A stretch of DNA of 38,216 bases from an uncultured Candidatus Bathyarchaeia archaeon (GTDB lineage Archaea > Thermoproteota > Bathyarchaeia > Bathyarchaeales > DTEX01): the NCBI GenBank assembly GCA_964580405.1, contig CAZOKM010000004.1, positions 1-38,216 on the forward strand, written 5' to 3'. Numbering within the stretch: position 1 is the first letter of the stretch; every line of letters begins with the position of its first letter. This document shows, piece after piece, positions 26,138 through 35,736 of the stretch. Position numbers and translations under genes: made by a program. The notes under the pieces are model-generated. The model searched no databases. It saw nothing but the letters and a program-made list of their open reading frames with translations, and was not told the origin of the DNA.

Positions 26138-27282
26138 AAACCCTTCACTTTAAGCCACATCTCAAGTGCCAGCAGACCTAGCATTTTGCTGATGTACCGA
26201 GGGTCATGCTCATCCGCTTTTTTAAAGCCCTTGGGGATCCATTGCTTGTTTATGATTCCTTGCTCAACGAAGCGTGGTGAATCGAAAAGGCTCAGGCACA
26301 CGTCCTTGAAGTGCTTGTCCCACATTTCGACTATGTTCATGCCCCAGCCTATCTTGACTTTGGTCGCAGGCTTATATCCTGAGTTCTCAAGTAGAATTTG
26401 CCTCAGTAACACTTTTCCGAGGTTGTTTTTTTCGTCGTACTTCAGATTGTATGGTATGTGCGTTGCCACGTGCAGCACTTCAGGCTCGAGCATTGGAGCT
26501 GCCACTTTCAACCCGAAGTGTTTTGAGAAGGCAGCGTTCGTTCTCGCGAAATCGTAGAGTAGTTTCCCGTTGTAATCCGCGAGGAAAACCTTCCCAAGAA
26601 GCGTCAATTGGTTCTCGAAATATGGTTTCAGAAGACTATAAATGTCGTTCCAAATGAACGGGAAGGCGAAAAGGTCAGTTTGGTCCTCAACCCAATCGCG
26701 GTTGTGGGCTTCGAGGTACCTTCGCATCAAAGGTTCAGTGCTGTTGTGCAGAAAATAACTGTACCTAAAGACGTAACCCCCAAACAGTTCATCTCCACCA
26801 TCCCCCGTGATAAGTATGTCGCAGGATTTGGAAACCGCCGAGAACAGGTAGTATGGGTACAGGTTCCAGCGTGGCTCGTTAATGATGCTGACCTGTTCCT
26901 TCAAGTCCGCAGACGGATCCTCTATCACTACGTGTTTATGGTTTGTTGAGTAGAGTTCAGCAACATGCTCAGCATCCTTTACTTCCCTGTCATCCTCTCC
27001 GAAGGTGACGCAGAACGTGTTGATCTCTAGTTTCGGGAAACACTTCCTAAGTATCGAAAGCACTGTTGTGCTGTCTACGCCCCCGCTTATGCCTATGCCG
27101 ATTTTTCTTGGCGTATTTGCCTGAATTACCTTCTTCACAGATCCCTCCAAGAGGTTCGGTACGAGACCTGCTATTCCGCCGTATTCAATAAAGTCCTTCG
27201 GATTCAGTTTGGGAAGTGAGGTTGGACCGTGCGGATCATAACGCAAAGTCAGAATATTCCTGATAGCCTCGATGTTTACCAT
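26134..27282 (-). CDS. Asparagine-synthase C-terminal-domain-only ATP pyrophosphatase (putative glycan amidotransferase)
   Basis: ISGGVDS PP-loop, TGDGGDELFGGY, APML, GK.LLR. No N-terminal Cys1 Ntn glutaminase domain. Confidence 0.85.
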   Translation of the reverse strand: MVNIEAIRNILTLRYDPHGPTSLPKLNPKDFIEYGGIAGLVPNLLEGSVKKVIQANTPRKIGIGISGGVDSTTVLSILRKCFPKLEINTFCVTFGEDDREVKDAEHVAELYSTNHKHVVIEDPSADLKEQVSIINEPRWNLYPYYLFSAVSKSCDILITGDGGDELFGGYVFRYSYFLHNSTEPLMRRYLEAHNRDWVEDQTDLFAFPFIWNDIYSLLKPYFENQLTLLGKVFLADYNGKLLYDFARTNAAFSKHFGLKVAAPMLEPEVLHVATHIPYNLKYDEKNNLGKVLLRQILLENSGYKPATKVKIGWGMNIVEMWDKHFKDVCLSLFDSPRFVEQGIINKQWIPKGFKKADEHDPRYISKMLGLLALEMWLKVKGL

Positions 27283-27338
27283 AGGTTTTACCCCTTATTC
27301 TTTCCATTTCTACGTTCTAAGGGTTAATTAGTTTTTAA

Positions 27339-29585
27339 TTATTCAGTTGGGTACTCGACTTCGTACACGCATACCAATGGAACGTAGCTTGTCCCTCCAG
27401 CCCCTGACGGTGAACCTATTGTCTGTGAAAAGTATGCCTCCTTAAAGCACTGCAGAATGATTGAGGAATAGGTTTGCATGACCACGTCTCTTCCGTAGCT
27501 CATAAGCCTGTAAAGCGTCGTATTCTGTCCTAGGCTATTTTTGAAAATCTCATTAGTGTCAACGTATCCGCTTGAGGTGTAATAGGTTCCGTCGCCGTTA
27601 ACGTCGAACCAGTCGTACCCAAGCGTGAAGTTGCCGAAGTCTGCGTCATTAAGCCCCGGAATTCTCGCCATCCACTGCCACTTCGCGTTGTCGCCGCCCA
27701 GTTGGACGAAGGAGCCATACGTCTTTTCGAACGTGACGAAGACCACCACGTGGGTCACGTTGTAATGCCTAAGAATCTTGACCGCTTCGGTCTCGTTCGA
27801 CATGAACATCAAGCCTATCTGCTGTATCTGCGTCATGTTCCACGAGCCGTTGTCCGCCAGGGACGTCCTGTTCGCAATCGCCGTAATCCAGTACCCGTAG
27901 TCCCACCAGCTTGCAATCACTGTGCCGTTCATTCCTGGAGCTGCGGGCGACGGTGGCAGATTCTCACGCATCCACGCCAGTGCGTTTAACCAATCCTTGG
28001 CGGTGGATGATATTTGCCCCACTGACATGGCGGCAGCAGAAATCGTTGTAGGCGAATAGGCCTGACTGAAGACTCTTGGTCCCACTCTGGAGGATGGTGA
28101 AAGCATGAAATCAGTGCCTATGACATATGTTAAGTTGAGAAAGACGAACATGAGTATGATGATTCCAGCAGCGGTCTCCTTCCCGATGACCCCTCTGAAC
28201 CTTGTCTTCCGCTTACTTGCGTCCGAGGGTTCTCGCAGAAACAGGATGAAGGGCTTCATCAGCCGCACAAGCGCCAAAGCCCAAAGCAGGCTGATGACGG
28301 GGGACACTATGACCGTAATACGGATTAGCGAACTAGCGAAATACAGCGACGTTAATCCGAAGATCGCCATAAAGATGCATGGATTGGTCGCGGACAACAC
28401 TGCAAAGAATAGTCCAACAGGCAAAAAGAACGCGCCTATTCCCCAGTTGTAGTAGAAGGTTCCCCAAGCTGAAGGTCTGTGTTCAGCAACGGACTCGAAG
28501 ATTGTGCTTTCGAAACGGGCGAACGGGTTGAGAACCACCTCGAACTTTGTACCAAGTTCGTTAATTAACCCTCTTTCCCATATGAAAGCAAACAGAACGA
28601 TAAAGAGGCAGGCGAAACCCAGGTACATTAACATTTTTCTCGTTTTTAGTCGCTGCCTCAATTCAGCAATGCATAACAGAAGCAGAACTCCATAAACTGG
28701 CATGACCACTGCGTCCATTAGGTATGAGGTACCAAGACGAGGGACACAAGCGGATATTGGTAGGGTTATGGCGAAGATGATTATGTACGATATAAAAAGG
28801 TGCGTTGAGTACCTACCGACCAATAAAAGACAAAAAGCGAATAGTGCGGTCATCGCGATCGGGTATCGAGCTGCACCCCACGAAGCACTCAGGAAAGTTA
28901 AAACGAAGCCAGCAGTCACCGCGTACAAGAGCCTCATCTTCCACGGCTTCTCCTTCTCGATGGACCTCAGGAAAAAGAGGCAGAAGAGGATCAGGCTCAA
29001 GATTCCGACGCTTTCATCGTCAAAGAACCCAAGCGCCGTTCGGCTGATATACGAAGAGTCCAGTGCGAGGAACAACGCAGCGAACATACCGACTGGTTCG
29101 CCCCCAAGGTCCTTTCCGAGGAAGTATATCGCCAGAGACGCCAAAGTCGCCATGACCGTTGGGAAGATGACGCAGAAAACGTAAATTGGGTCTGAAAGCA
29201 GAGGATCAAGCGTAGGAAAGTAATTAAACGGAACCCCTAACGTGCTTAGTACCGTGTACATCGTTGCCGCGAGCGTTGGCAGACCTGGGTACGAGGCATA
29301 CCGTATTACGTTGCCCCATGGGTACCAGCTGAGATAGTCGTGCCACGAGATCCAGCCGTTCGCCCCAAGCAAGCCATTCTGTATGATGTATTCTGTCTGC
29401 CTGAACTGGTAATAAGGGTCGAACTCGTTCAGGTAGTATCCCCACCTCACGGGCAACAGCCTAACCAAGAACGCTATCGCGAGAATCAGAACCATCAATG
29501 TACTTTTAAGTAGCGTGGAATGCGAAAATTTCGGTCGCAAAGACGAAATTTTCAGGTCCTTAATAGCCCGTATTGCCTTCGACAC
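27339..29585 (-). CDS. aglB: Oligosaccharyltransferase AglB (STT3 family)
   Basis: NEFDPY, GFFDDE, SVAEH, SWWDYGYWI, ADN; multi-TM N-terminal region. Confidence 0.97.
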   Translation of the reverse strand: MSKAIRAIKDLKISSLRPKFSHSTLLKSTLMVLILAIAFLVRLLPVRWGYYLNEFDPYYQFRQTEYIIQNGLLGANGWISWHDYLSWYPWGNVIRYASYPGLPTLAATMYTVLSTLGVPFNYFPTLDPLLSDPIYVFCVIFPTVMATLASLAIYFLGKDLGGEPVGMFAALFLALDSSYISRTALGFFDDESVGILSLILFCLFFLRSIEKEKPWKMRLLYAVTAGFVLTFLSASWGAARYPIAMTALFAFCLLLVGRYSTHLFISYIIIFAITLPISACVPRLGTSYLMDAVVMPVYGVLLLLCIAELRQRLKTRKMLMYLGFACLFIVLFAFIWERGLINELGTKFEVVLNPFARFESTIFESVAEHRPSAWGTFYYNWGIGAFFLPVGLFFAVLSATNPCIFMAIFGLTSLYFASSLIRITVIVSPVISLLWALALVRLMKPFILFLREPSDASKRKTRFRGVIGKETAAGIIILMFVFLNLTYVIGTDFMLSPSSRVGPRVFSQAYSPTTISAAAMSVGQISSTAKDWLNALAWMRENLPPSPAAPGMNGTVIASWWDYGYWITAIANRTSLADNGSWNMTQIQQIGLMFMSNETEAVKILRHYNVTHVVVFVTFEKTYGSFVQLGGDNAKWQWMARIPGLNDADFGNFTLGYDWFDVNGDGTYYTSSGYVDTNEIFKNSLGQNTTLYRLMSYGRDVVMQTYSSIILQCFKEAYFSQTIGSPSGAGGTSYVPLVCVYEVEYPTE

Positions 29586-29667
29586 GTTCTAGACTCTCGT
29601 GCTGATTTTTTCTGTGATACAATCCGAAACCGTTTATATTTAGCTTATGGTTTTTAAAAAAGGCGGT

Positions 29668-30519
29668 TCAAGGAGTGACTGCCGGTTTTTCGTGAGATTG
29701 GACTCTTTCCTTGATTTTCTTTATTTCTTCTGCGATTTCTGGATTTTTGATTTCTTCTTTACGTTTTTCGTTGGACTCAAGAATTAATTCTAGAAACTTT
29801 GAACGATGAGTCTTCATGAGGAGCTCTGTGTTTGGGATTTGGCAATGCCCACCTATGACTCCCGGAAACATTACTGGCCTGTCATACCTTACATTGTGAG
29901 TGTCCTCGATAAAGTCCACAACATCGTTGAAGCTTGCACCAATGTCTCTGCTTATGCGGTGCATTTCTTGAAAACACGTGATCATCCAAGCGCGGTAAGT
30001 CGTCTCGAACAGCTTCGCCAGCTCAGTATCGATGCAGCTGTTCAGGACCTTGGTTTTCAGATCCAAATGGCTGAAGTGCTTCTGAGCTTGTATAGCAGCC
30101 TCAGGAGTTGCTCCGCCAATGTATTTTGTCCACCGTCTGAACTCCTTTTTCATGTATTCAGTGCTTTTGTGTACTCCGCGGATAGGTGAATGCGCAACTA
30201 GACAATTTGTGCAACATTTACGAATGTCCATCGTTGTCCCGAGCTGGACTGTACTGTTGATGATAGTCAACTTGGGATTGAACCTATGCACGTAACCAAC
30301 GACAGTATCCACGAATTTGGTCTTGTCAAAACACGGGATGCAGATATGCATGACATCGACTTCTGAAGGGAAATCTACTTCGCGTTGCCCGATGATGCGC
30401 AACTTTTCTTTATCCAAGTCCAAAGCGTAGACGTTAAATTTCTGACTCTCTTTCAGCAGCTCAAAAAGTGGCTTCCCAACCTCGCCTAAGCCGACGACAA
30501 GTACGTTTTCCTTCGCCAA
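29668..30519 (-). CDS. Short UDP-glucose/GDP-mannose dehydrogenase-family protein lacking the C-terminal domain
   Basis: VVGLGEVG, INSTV, ELAKLFETTY, GVIGGHC. Ends about 55 aa after the catalytic Cys (283 aa). Confidence 0.85.
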   Translation of the reverse strand: MAKENVLVVGLGEVGKPLFELLKESQKFNVYALDLDKEKLRIIGQREVDFPSEVDVMHICIPCFDKTKFVDTVVGYVHRFNPKLTIINSTVQLGTTMDIRKCCTNCLVAHSPIRGVHKSTEYMKKEFRRWTKYIGGATPEAAIQAQKHFSHLDLKTKVLNSCIDTELAKLFETTYRAWMITCFQEMHRISRDIGASFNDVVDFIEDTHNVRYDRPVMFPGVIGGHCQIPNTELLMKTHRSKFLELILESNEKRKEEIKNPEIAEEIKKIKERVQSHEKPAVTP

Positions 30520-30595
30520 AAGTCATCAACCCTCATGCGATGCTAAATCAATATTACCGATTGTTACCTTTTTAAATTACGAATAAGTCATATCT

Positions 30596-32098
30596 GTGAA
30601 TTATATGGTTAACGGTGAAGTCCGACTCAAGTACTCGGGCATAGTCATTTTTCTCGCACGGTTGCTTAGCGTAGGAACTGGTCTCGTCTTCACGTTGATG
30701 GTCACACGTAGCCTTAGTTCTGAGATATTCGGCATTTACGGAAATCTTTCAGACGTTCTTGCTTACTTCGCTTTGGCGACTGGGATTTTCCCTTTTTGGG
30801 CAGTAAGGTTTGCTGCGAGGGATCATAAAGGTTCTTTATCAACAGTGTTGTTGGCCAACATCGCCATAGCTGTTCCTTCTTCAATTATTTACTTGGTTTT
30901 GTTGCCTACAGTTTTACCGATACTTCAGGTAAGCATTGATTACATGGCCGTGTATCTTCTAATCAGCATCCAGATAATCGAAAATTATGTCCTTACCGCC
31001 ATAGAAGCAATGTTGCAGGCAAAAAAACCTCAAACAATCGGTTTTGGCCTGATAGTTCACGAAACATCGAAGGTTTGCATGGGCTACGTCCTGATATTAT
31101 TGTTTGAGAAGGGGCTCTTCGGGGTTGTCTTCAGTATAATAATGGCAATCTTCCTGCAACTCCTATTCTACATTAAAACAATTATTCCTGCGCTTCACGA
31201 GAAAATCAATTGGAGTTACGCCAAGGAATGGATAAAGGCTTCCCCTTTTAACATGTATGGCATATTAGGTCAGCGGTTGGCTGATTCAATCCTTCTTCTG
31301 CTCTTCATTTACGGGGGGAAGGTGGCTAGAGGTTATTACGGGGCAGCCTTCACCATCGCAAATATAGTCGGATATTCCTCGTTGATCGGTTATGCGCTTT
31401 ACCCGCGCCTTTTATCAAAGAACCGGCCAGAAGACATCACCTCCTCTTTAAAGATGGTTCTGATGTTCGCAATGCCTATGACCTTCGGCGCCATAATTAT
31501 GGCTGACTCGCTTCTGACGATTCTGAACATCGAATATAGTGCCGTTATTCCAATTCTCGTCCTGCTTTCAATCGACATGTTAATCTCGTGTTTTTCGTCA
31601 GTTTTTGGATCTGTTGTGTATGGTGCGGAAAGGCTGGACGCTGAGGCGAAGATTCCGTTGAGAAAGATGATTAAGAGCAAACTGTTTCTTCTGTTGTCCC
31701 TTCCGTACATTCAAGCTGCAATATCTCTGCCTCTCGCATATTACGCTTTAAATTATGTTGCAGCAACAGCTGTTGACTCCGCATTTTTTGTTGCCTCGAT
31801 CATTTTGGTGATTGACTCGGGATTAATCACAATCCGTTACATTCTCGCCCAGAAAAGCCTCCCTTTCCGGATGCCTCTGAAACAAATATTGAAGTACGTC
31901 GGGGCAGCGGCTGCGATGGCTTTACTGTTGTATGTCCTCCCGCGTCCGACGAGGCTAACCATGACCGTGGCTTTAACCTTACTGGGGGGATGCGCGTACT
32001 TCGTCGTACTCGTAGTTATCGACTCGGAAAGTAGAGGCGTCGTTAGGGACGTGCTCAAGGAAATTCTAAGAAAAATCAGGCCTAACGAGAGTGCCTAA
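30596..32098 (+). CDS. Polysaccharide/lipid-linked-oligosaccharide flippase-like MOP transporter
   Basis: About 14 hydrophobic segments, TRSL...FG.Y, GYYGAA, LYPRLL. Divergent from the aglB operon. Start may be ATG 30605. Confidence 0.82.
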   Translation: MNYMVNGEVRLKYSGIVIFLARLLSVGTGLVFTLMVTRSLSSEIFGIYGNLSDVLAYFALATGIFPFWAVRFAARDHKGSLSTVLLANIAIAVPSSIIYLVLLPTVLPILQVSIDYMAVYLLISIQIIENYVLTAIEAMLQAKKPQTIGFGLIVHETSKVCMGYVLILLFEKGLFGVVFSIIMAIFLQLLFYIKTIIPALHEKINWSYAKEWIKASPFNMYGILGQRLADSILLLLFIYGGKVARGYYGAAFTIANIVGYSSLIGYALYPRLLSKNRPEDITSSLKMVLMFAMPMTFGAIIMADSLLTILNIEYSAVIPILVLLSIDMLISCFSSVFGSVVYGAERLDAEAKIPLRKMIKSKLFLLLSLPYIQAAISLPLAYYALNYVAATAVDSAFFVASIILVIDSGLITIRYILAQKSLPFRMPLKQILKYVGAAAAMALLLYVLPRPTRLTMTVALTLLGGCAYFVVLVVIDSESRGVVRDVLKEILRKIRPNESA

Positions 32099-32104
32099 CG
32101 CTAT

Positions 32105-32947
32105 ATGAGCTTCAAGAAGAGACTGGGCGACTTTTTTGAACCTTGGGAACTGAAGAAAATTAGCAAATCGTACGACATCATCGGGGACATCGCAGTCGTC
32201 AAAATCCCAGAAGTAATGGCTGACAAAGCCCAACAAGTCGCCATGGTATTGCTGCAAAGCTACCCCTATGTCAGAACTGTCATGCGCCAAACAGGTCCAG
32301 TTACGGGTGAACTTCGCCTCAGAGGGCTCGAGTGGCTTGCGGGCGAAAGGAAAACCGTTACTGTTCATAGAGAGTTTGGGTGCCTCCTTAAGGTTGACTT
32401 GGAGAAGTGCTACTTCTCTCCGAGGCTCGGATACGAAAGGATAAGAATAGCTAAGCAAGTTAAAGCAGACGAAGTGGTCGTCAACATGTTCGCGGGAGTT
32501 GGTTGCTTCTCAATCATCATCGCCAAGCACGTGAAGCCCCTGAAAGTGTATTCGATAGACGTGAACCCTGACGCAATCAGGTTCATGAAAGAAAATGTCA
32601 ACTTGAACAGGGCGAGGTACACTGTCGAGGTGGTCAAAGGAGACGCAAAAAGGGTCATAACAGAGAGACTGAAGAACGTTGCTGACAGGGTTCTGATGCC
32701 TCTGCCCGAAAAAGCCTTCGAGTACCTCGACGCCGCATTAGCCGCTTTGAAGCCAGATAAGGGAACAATTCACTACTACGATTTTGTACATGCCAAGAAG
32801 GGAGAGGACCCTATCGGGAAAGTCGAGGAGAAAGTTTCAGAAAAACTGAGAGACAGGGGCGTTGCCTTCGAGTGCACGTTCGGAAGGATAGTTCGATCCG
32901 TCGGTCCAAGGTGGTTCCAAGTCGTCCTCGACCTAAACGTTCATTAA
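32105..32947 (+). CDS. Trm5/Taw2-family class I SAM-dependent tRNA methyltransferase (no D1 domain)
   Basis: YDIIGDIAV, T.HREFGC..KVD..KCYFSPRL..ER.RI, NMFAGVG.F, DVNPDA, DRVLMPLP, IHYY. Confidence 0.9.
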   Translation: MSFKKRLGDFFEPWELKKISKSYDIIGDIAVVKIPEVMADKAQQVAMVLLQSYPYVRTVMRQTGPVTGELRLRGLEWLAGERKTVTVHREFGCLLKVDLEKCYFSPRLGYERIRIAKQVKADEVVVNMFAGVGCFSIIIAKHVKPLKVYSIDVNPDAIRFMKENVNLNRARYTVEVVKGDAKRVITERLKNVADRVLMPLPEKAFEYLDAALAALKPDKGTIHYYDFVHAKKGEDPIGKVEEKVSEKLRDRGVAFECTFGRIVRSVGPRWFQVVLDLNVH

Positions 32948-33009
32948 AAGATTAATAGGACAAATCCACCTTTCATAGGTAACAAATACAACTAAAGGAG
33001 CATCATGTG

Positions 33010-33282
33010 TTGAAGAGAAAGTTGATGGACATTCTGGCTTGCCCGATTGACAAGTACTATCCGCTTGAGCTCCACGTGTTCGAGGAAAAAGAGGAAATCG
33101 TCGACGGCATGATAGTCTGCCCCAAGTGCCTGCGGTGGTACCCAATACGGGACGAGATTCCCGAGATGCTGCCCGACGAGCTGCGCGAAGAGAAGGACGA
33201 AATGCCCTTCCTCCAGAAATGGAAAGAAAAAATCCCGCAAAAAATTTTATCTGAAGGAAAACCGTTCAATTTAAAAGGATAA
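33010..33282 (+). CDS. trm112: Trm112-family methyltransferase activator
   Basis: LMDILACPIDK.YPL...G...CPKC.RWYPIRDEIPEMLPD. AAAGGAG SD upstream. Confidence 0.92.
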   Translation: MKRKLMDILACPIDKYYPLELHVFEEKEEIVDGMIVCPKCLRWYPIRDEIPEMLPDELREEKDEMPFLQKWKEKIPQKILSEGKPFNLKG

Positions 33283-33309
33283 ATCGTTTCGAACCTCTAT
33301 ATATTATAT

Positions 33310-34266
33310 TTAGAATGTGAGCTTCAATAAACGTCCGTTCTCAGCGGATTTTAAGGCAGCTTCAGCAATCTTCAGTGCCTTCAAACCGTCCAGTCCTGAC
33401 ACCAACGGCGTTTTATGGTTTATCACACACTGAACAAAGTGTTGCAGCTCAAGTTTCAATGGCTCTTCATACTCGAACCGAGGAGTCAACGTTTGGCCGA
33501 GGGTCTCAATCGTCATCTCCTGCGTGATGTAGTCCAACGAGATTATAGCGTCGCTTCCGGTGACCGTGAGTTTCCTGATCTTATACGGAGTCAGCCAGTT
33601 TGCCTCCAGAAACGCTGACCTTCCCTTTGAGAAGGAGAGCATGATCTGCGCGTAGTCCTCGAACTTCGAGTGCCTGAGGTGCCCCGCCCTCGCGTAGACC
33701 GAGGTTGGGTCCTCGTCGAAGATGAAGCGGACGATGTCGATGTCGTGGATGGCAGTGTCCTTGACTACACCGACGTCGCCTATCCTTTCAGGCCATTTCG
33801 TGACCCGTCTCACTGTTGCTGAGACGGGTGACCCGATTTTCCCCTCTTTCAAAGCTTCCTTCAGCCTTCGAACAGCAGGATTGAACCTCTCGATAAACCC
33901 CACCGTCAAATGGAGCTTCTTTTCCCTAGCAAGGTCGATTATTTTGCGTGCTTCCGTTGATGACCTAGCCATAGGTTTTTCCACAAGCACATGTTTCTGG
34001 GCTTTCAAGGCCTTCATTGCTTCTTCGGAGAGCCGAGTTGACCAGACGCAGAGGTTCACGGCGTCAAGTTCCTCTTTACTGTACATTGTGGCGCTGTCGC
34101 TGTACGCTTTTAGCCCGTACTTCTCTGCTATCGTCGCTGTCCTCTGCTGGTCCACGTCGCAGACTGCCACCAATTCGACCTCTGGCAGCTCGCTGAGGAC
34201 TCTCACGTGGTTTCTTCCCCAGAATCCCACTCCGACTACTGCCATTCTCAACTTCTTCATTTTCAA
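33310..34266 (-). CDS. Gfo/Idh/MocA oxidoreductase, UDP-GlcNAc(A) 3-dehydrogenase-like (WbpB/WlbA type)
   Basis: VVGVGFWG.NH, HVLVEKP, VGFIERFNPAV, RIGDVGVVKD.AIHDID, EPLKLEL. Confidence 0.92.
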   Translation of the reverse strand: MKMKKLRMAVVGVGFWGRNHVRVLSELPEVELVAVCDVDQQRTATIAEKYGLKAYSDSATMYSKEELDAVNLCVWSTRLSEEAMKALKAQKHVLVEKPMARSSTEARKIIDLAREKKLHLTVGFIERFNPAVRRLKEALKEGKIGSPVSATVRRVTKWPERIGDVGVVKDTAIHDIDIVRFIFDEDPTSVYARAGHLRHSKFEDYAQIMLSFSKGRSAFLEANWLTPYKIRKLTVTGSDAIISLDYITQEMTIETLGQTLTPRFEYEEPLKLELQHFVQCVINHKTPLVSGLDGLKALKIAEAALKSAENGRLLKLTF

Positions 34267-35633
34267 GATGCTCCTATTCCTAAGCTGCGGTAAACGAAGC
34301 CTTCGTTAGCTGCCAGTGAGGGGCTGACTACGTGAGCCAAGTCCACGAGGGCGGAAGGCTTCTTCATGAGCACGCTAAGTCTCCCCAAAGATAGACGTTT
34401 GAACCTGTTGTGTCCCACGGCGATGAGTAAACAGTCCGCGCCCTCCGCCAATTTTTCCAGAGTCGGCTCAGTTGTGTACCCTAAGTCACGTAGCTCCTTA
34501 TATGTGAAGTAGGGGTCGAAGACGCTGACCCGTGCGCCCATTCTCTTCAGAAGCCTGACCAGCTCAGGCACAAGGGACCCTCTGGCTTCCTTCACGTTGG
34601 GGCGGTACGACGCTCCCAGCACTACGACGCGCGACCTTCTAACAGGCTTGTCGCAGTGCCGAAGGGCGTCCTTAACCAAGTTGTAAGCATGTTTCAGCAT
34701 GTCGTCATTGATTTTTTCAGCCAAAGCGGTCATCCTCAATTTTTCGCCCAGCTCCTCGGCTTCGCTTATGAGTAGAAACGGGTCTTTGGGGATGTTTCCA
34801 CCCACGATTCCCGGCTTGTGCAGGTGGCAGAATGGCTGCGTGTTGGCTGCTCGTAGAGCCTGGAAATAGTTTATTCCCGCTGATTCGCAGAACTGCGCGA
34901 ACTCGTTGGCTAGCGAGATGTTGACGTAGCGGTAGACGTTCTCGAAAAGCTTGGCGGCCTCAGCTGTCCTGAGATTGGGGATTTCGATTATATCGCCCTT
35001 CGTCACCGTTTTGAGCACAGCTTTCGCAGCCGTAAGGCTTTGTTTGTTTATTCCCGCCACGATTCTGGCATACTCCGTCATGTCCTCGATTGCTCTGCCG
35101 ACGGTTGCCCGGATTGGACTGTAGGCTAAGCCGAAGTCTGCGCCTGCCTTTAGTCCAGAAGAGGCTTCTAGCGTTTCTTTTATCAATGTTTCTGTGACAG
35201 ACGGTCCGACAGTGCACTCTACGATGAGTAAAGTTCCGCGTTTCATGTTCAGCCCGACGTTTCTGCATGATTCTTCTAGGCTTGAGTAGTCGGGCTGCTT
35301 TTTTTCGTCGAGGGGCGTGTTAACCGTCAGGATTACGATGTTGCTTTTCGCAACAGCTTCTTTGGGGTCCGTTGTCGCTGAGATGCGTCCCTCTTTCAGG
35401 TTTCTTTTTAATTTCTGGCTTAGCCCAAGCTCGATGAAGGGTGTGATGCCCTTGTTGATTTGGCTCACAACGTAAGGGTCAGCGTCCAGACACGCGACCT
35501 TGAACCCTGCGTCAGAAAACAAGCATGATATGGGCAGACCCATCCTTCCGCACCCGACCACTGTAATGGCGTAGTTTCCGCGTTCTTTGGAGTCCGCCAA
35601 GTCTTTTTCCTTAAGCGCCATCGCGTCCGTCAT
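34263..35633 (-). CDS. Nucleotide-sugar dehydrogenase family protein (WbpA/WecC-like), catalytic Cys absent
   Basis: VVGCGRMGLP, V.TP, AAKLFEN.YR.VNI.LANE, LG.SYRPNV.E.R. The active-site loop reads PGIVGGNIPKDP instead of GPGVGGHCxPxDP. Confidence 0.88.
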   Translation of the reverse strand: MTDAMALKEKDLADSKERGNYAITVVGCGRMGLPISCLFSDAGFKVACLDADPYVVSQINKGITPFIELGLSQKLKRNLKEGRISATTDPKEAVAKSNIVILTVNTPLDEKKQPDYSSLEESCRNVGLNMKRGTLLIVECTVGPSVTETLIKETLEASSGLKAGADFGLAYSPIRATVGRAIEDMTEYARIVAGINKQSLTAAKAVLKTVTKGDIIEIPNLRTAEAAKLFENVYRYVNISLANEFAQFCESAGINYFQALRAANTQPFCHLHKPGIVGGNIPKDPFLLISEAEELGEKLRMTALAEKINDDMLKHAYNLVKDALRHCDKPVRRSRVVVLGASYRPNVKEARGSLVPELVRLLKRMGARVSVFDPYFTYKELRDLGYTTEPTLEKLAEGADCLLIAVGHNRFKRLSLGRLSVLMKKPSALVDLAHVVSPSLAANEGFVYRSLGIGAS

Positions 35634-35736
35634 TTAATGCCTCCAAACTGGTCGAGTCTTGTATCGTCTGATGAATGGAACAATATTCTATCGGTCTGGA
35701 TATTTTAAGGTTAATAAAAATTTATGGTTGAGGACG

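Noticed and set aside
29668-30519. Pseudogene call for the short dehydrogenase
   Set aside because: No remnant of the missing domain follows the stop (the aglB promoter and gene come next), the motifs are intact and the ORF ends in a plausible helix.
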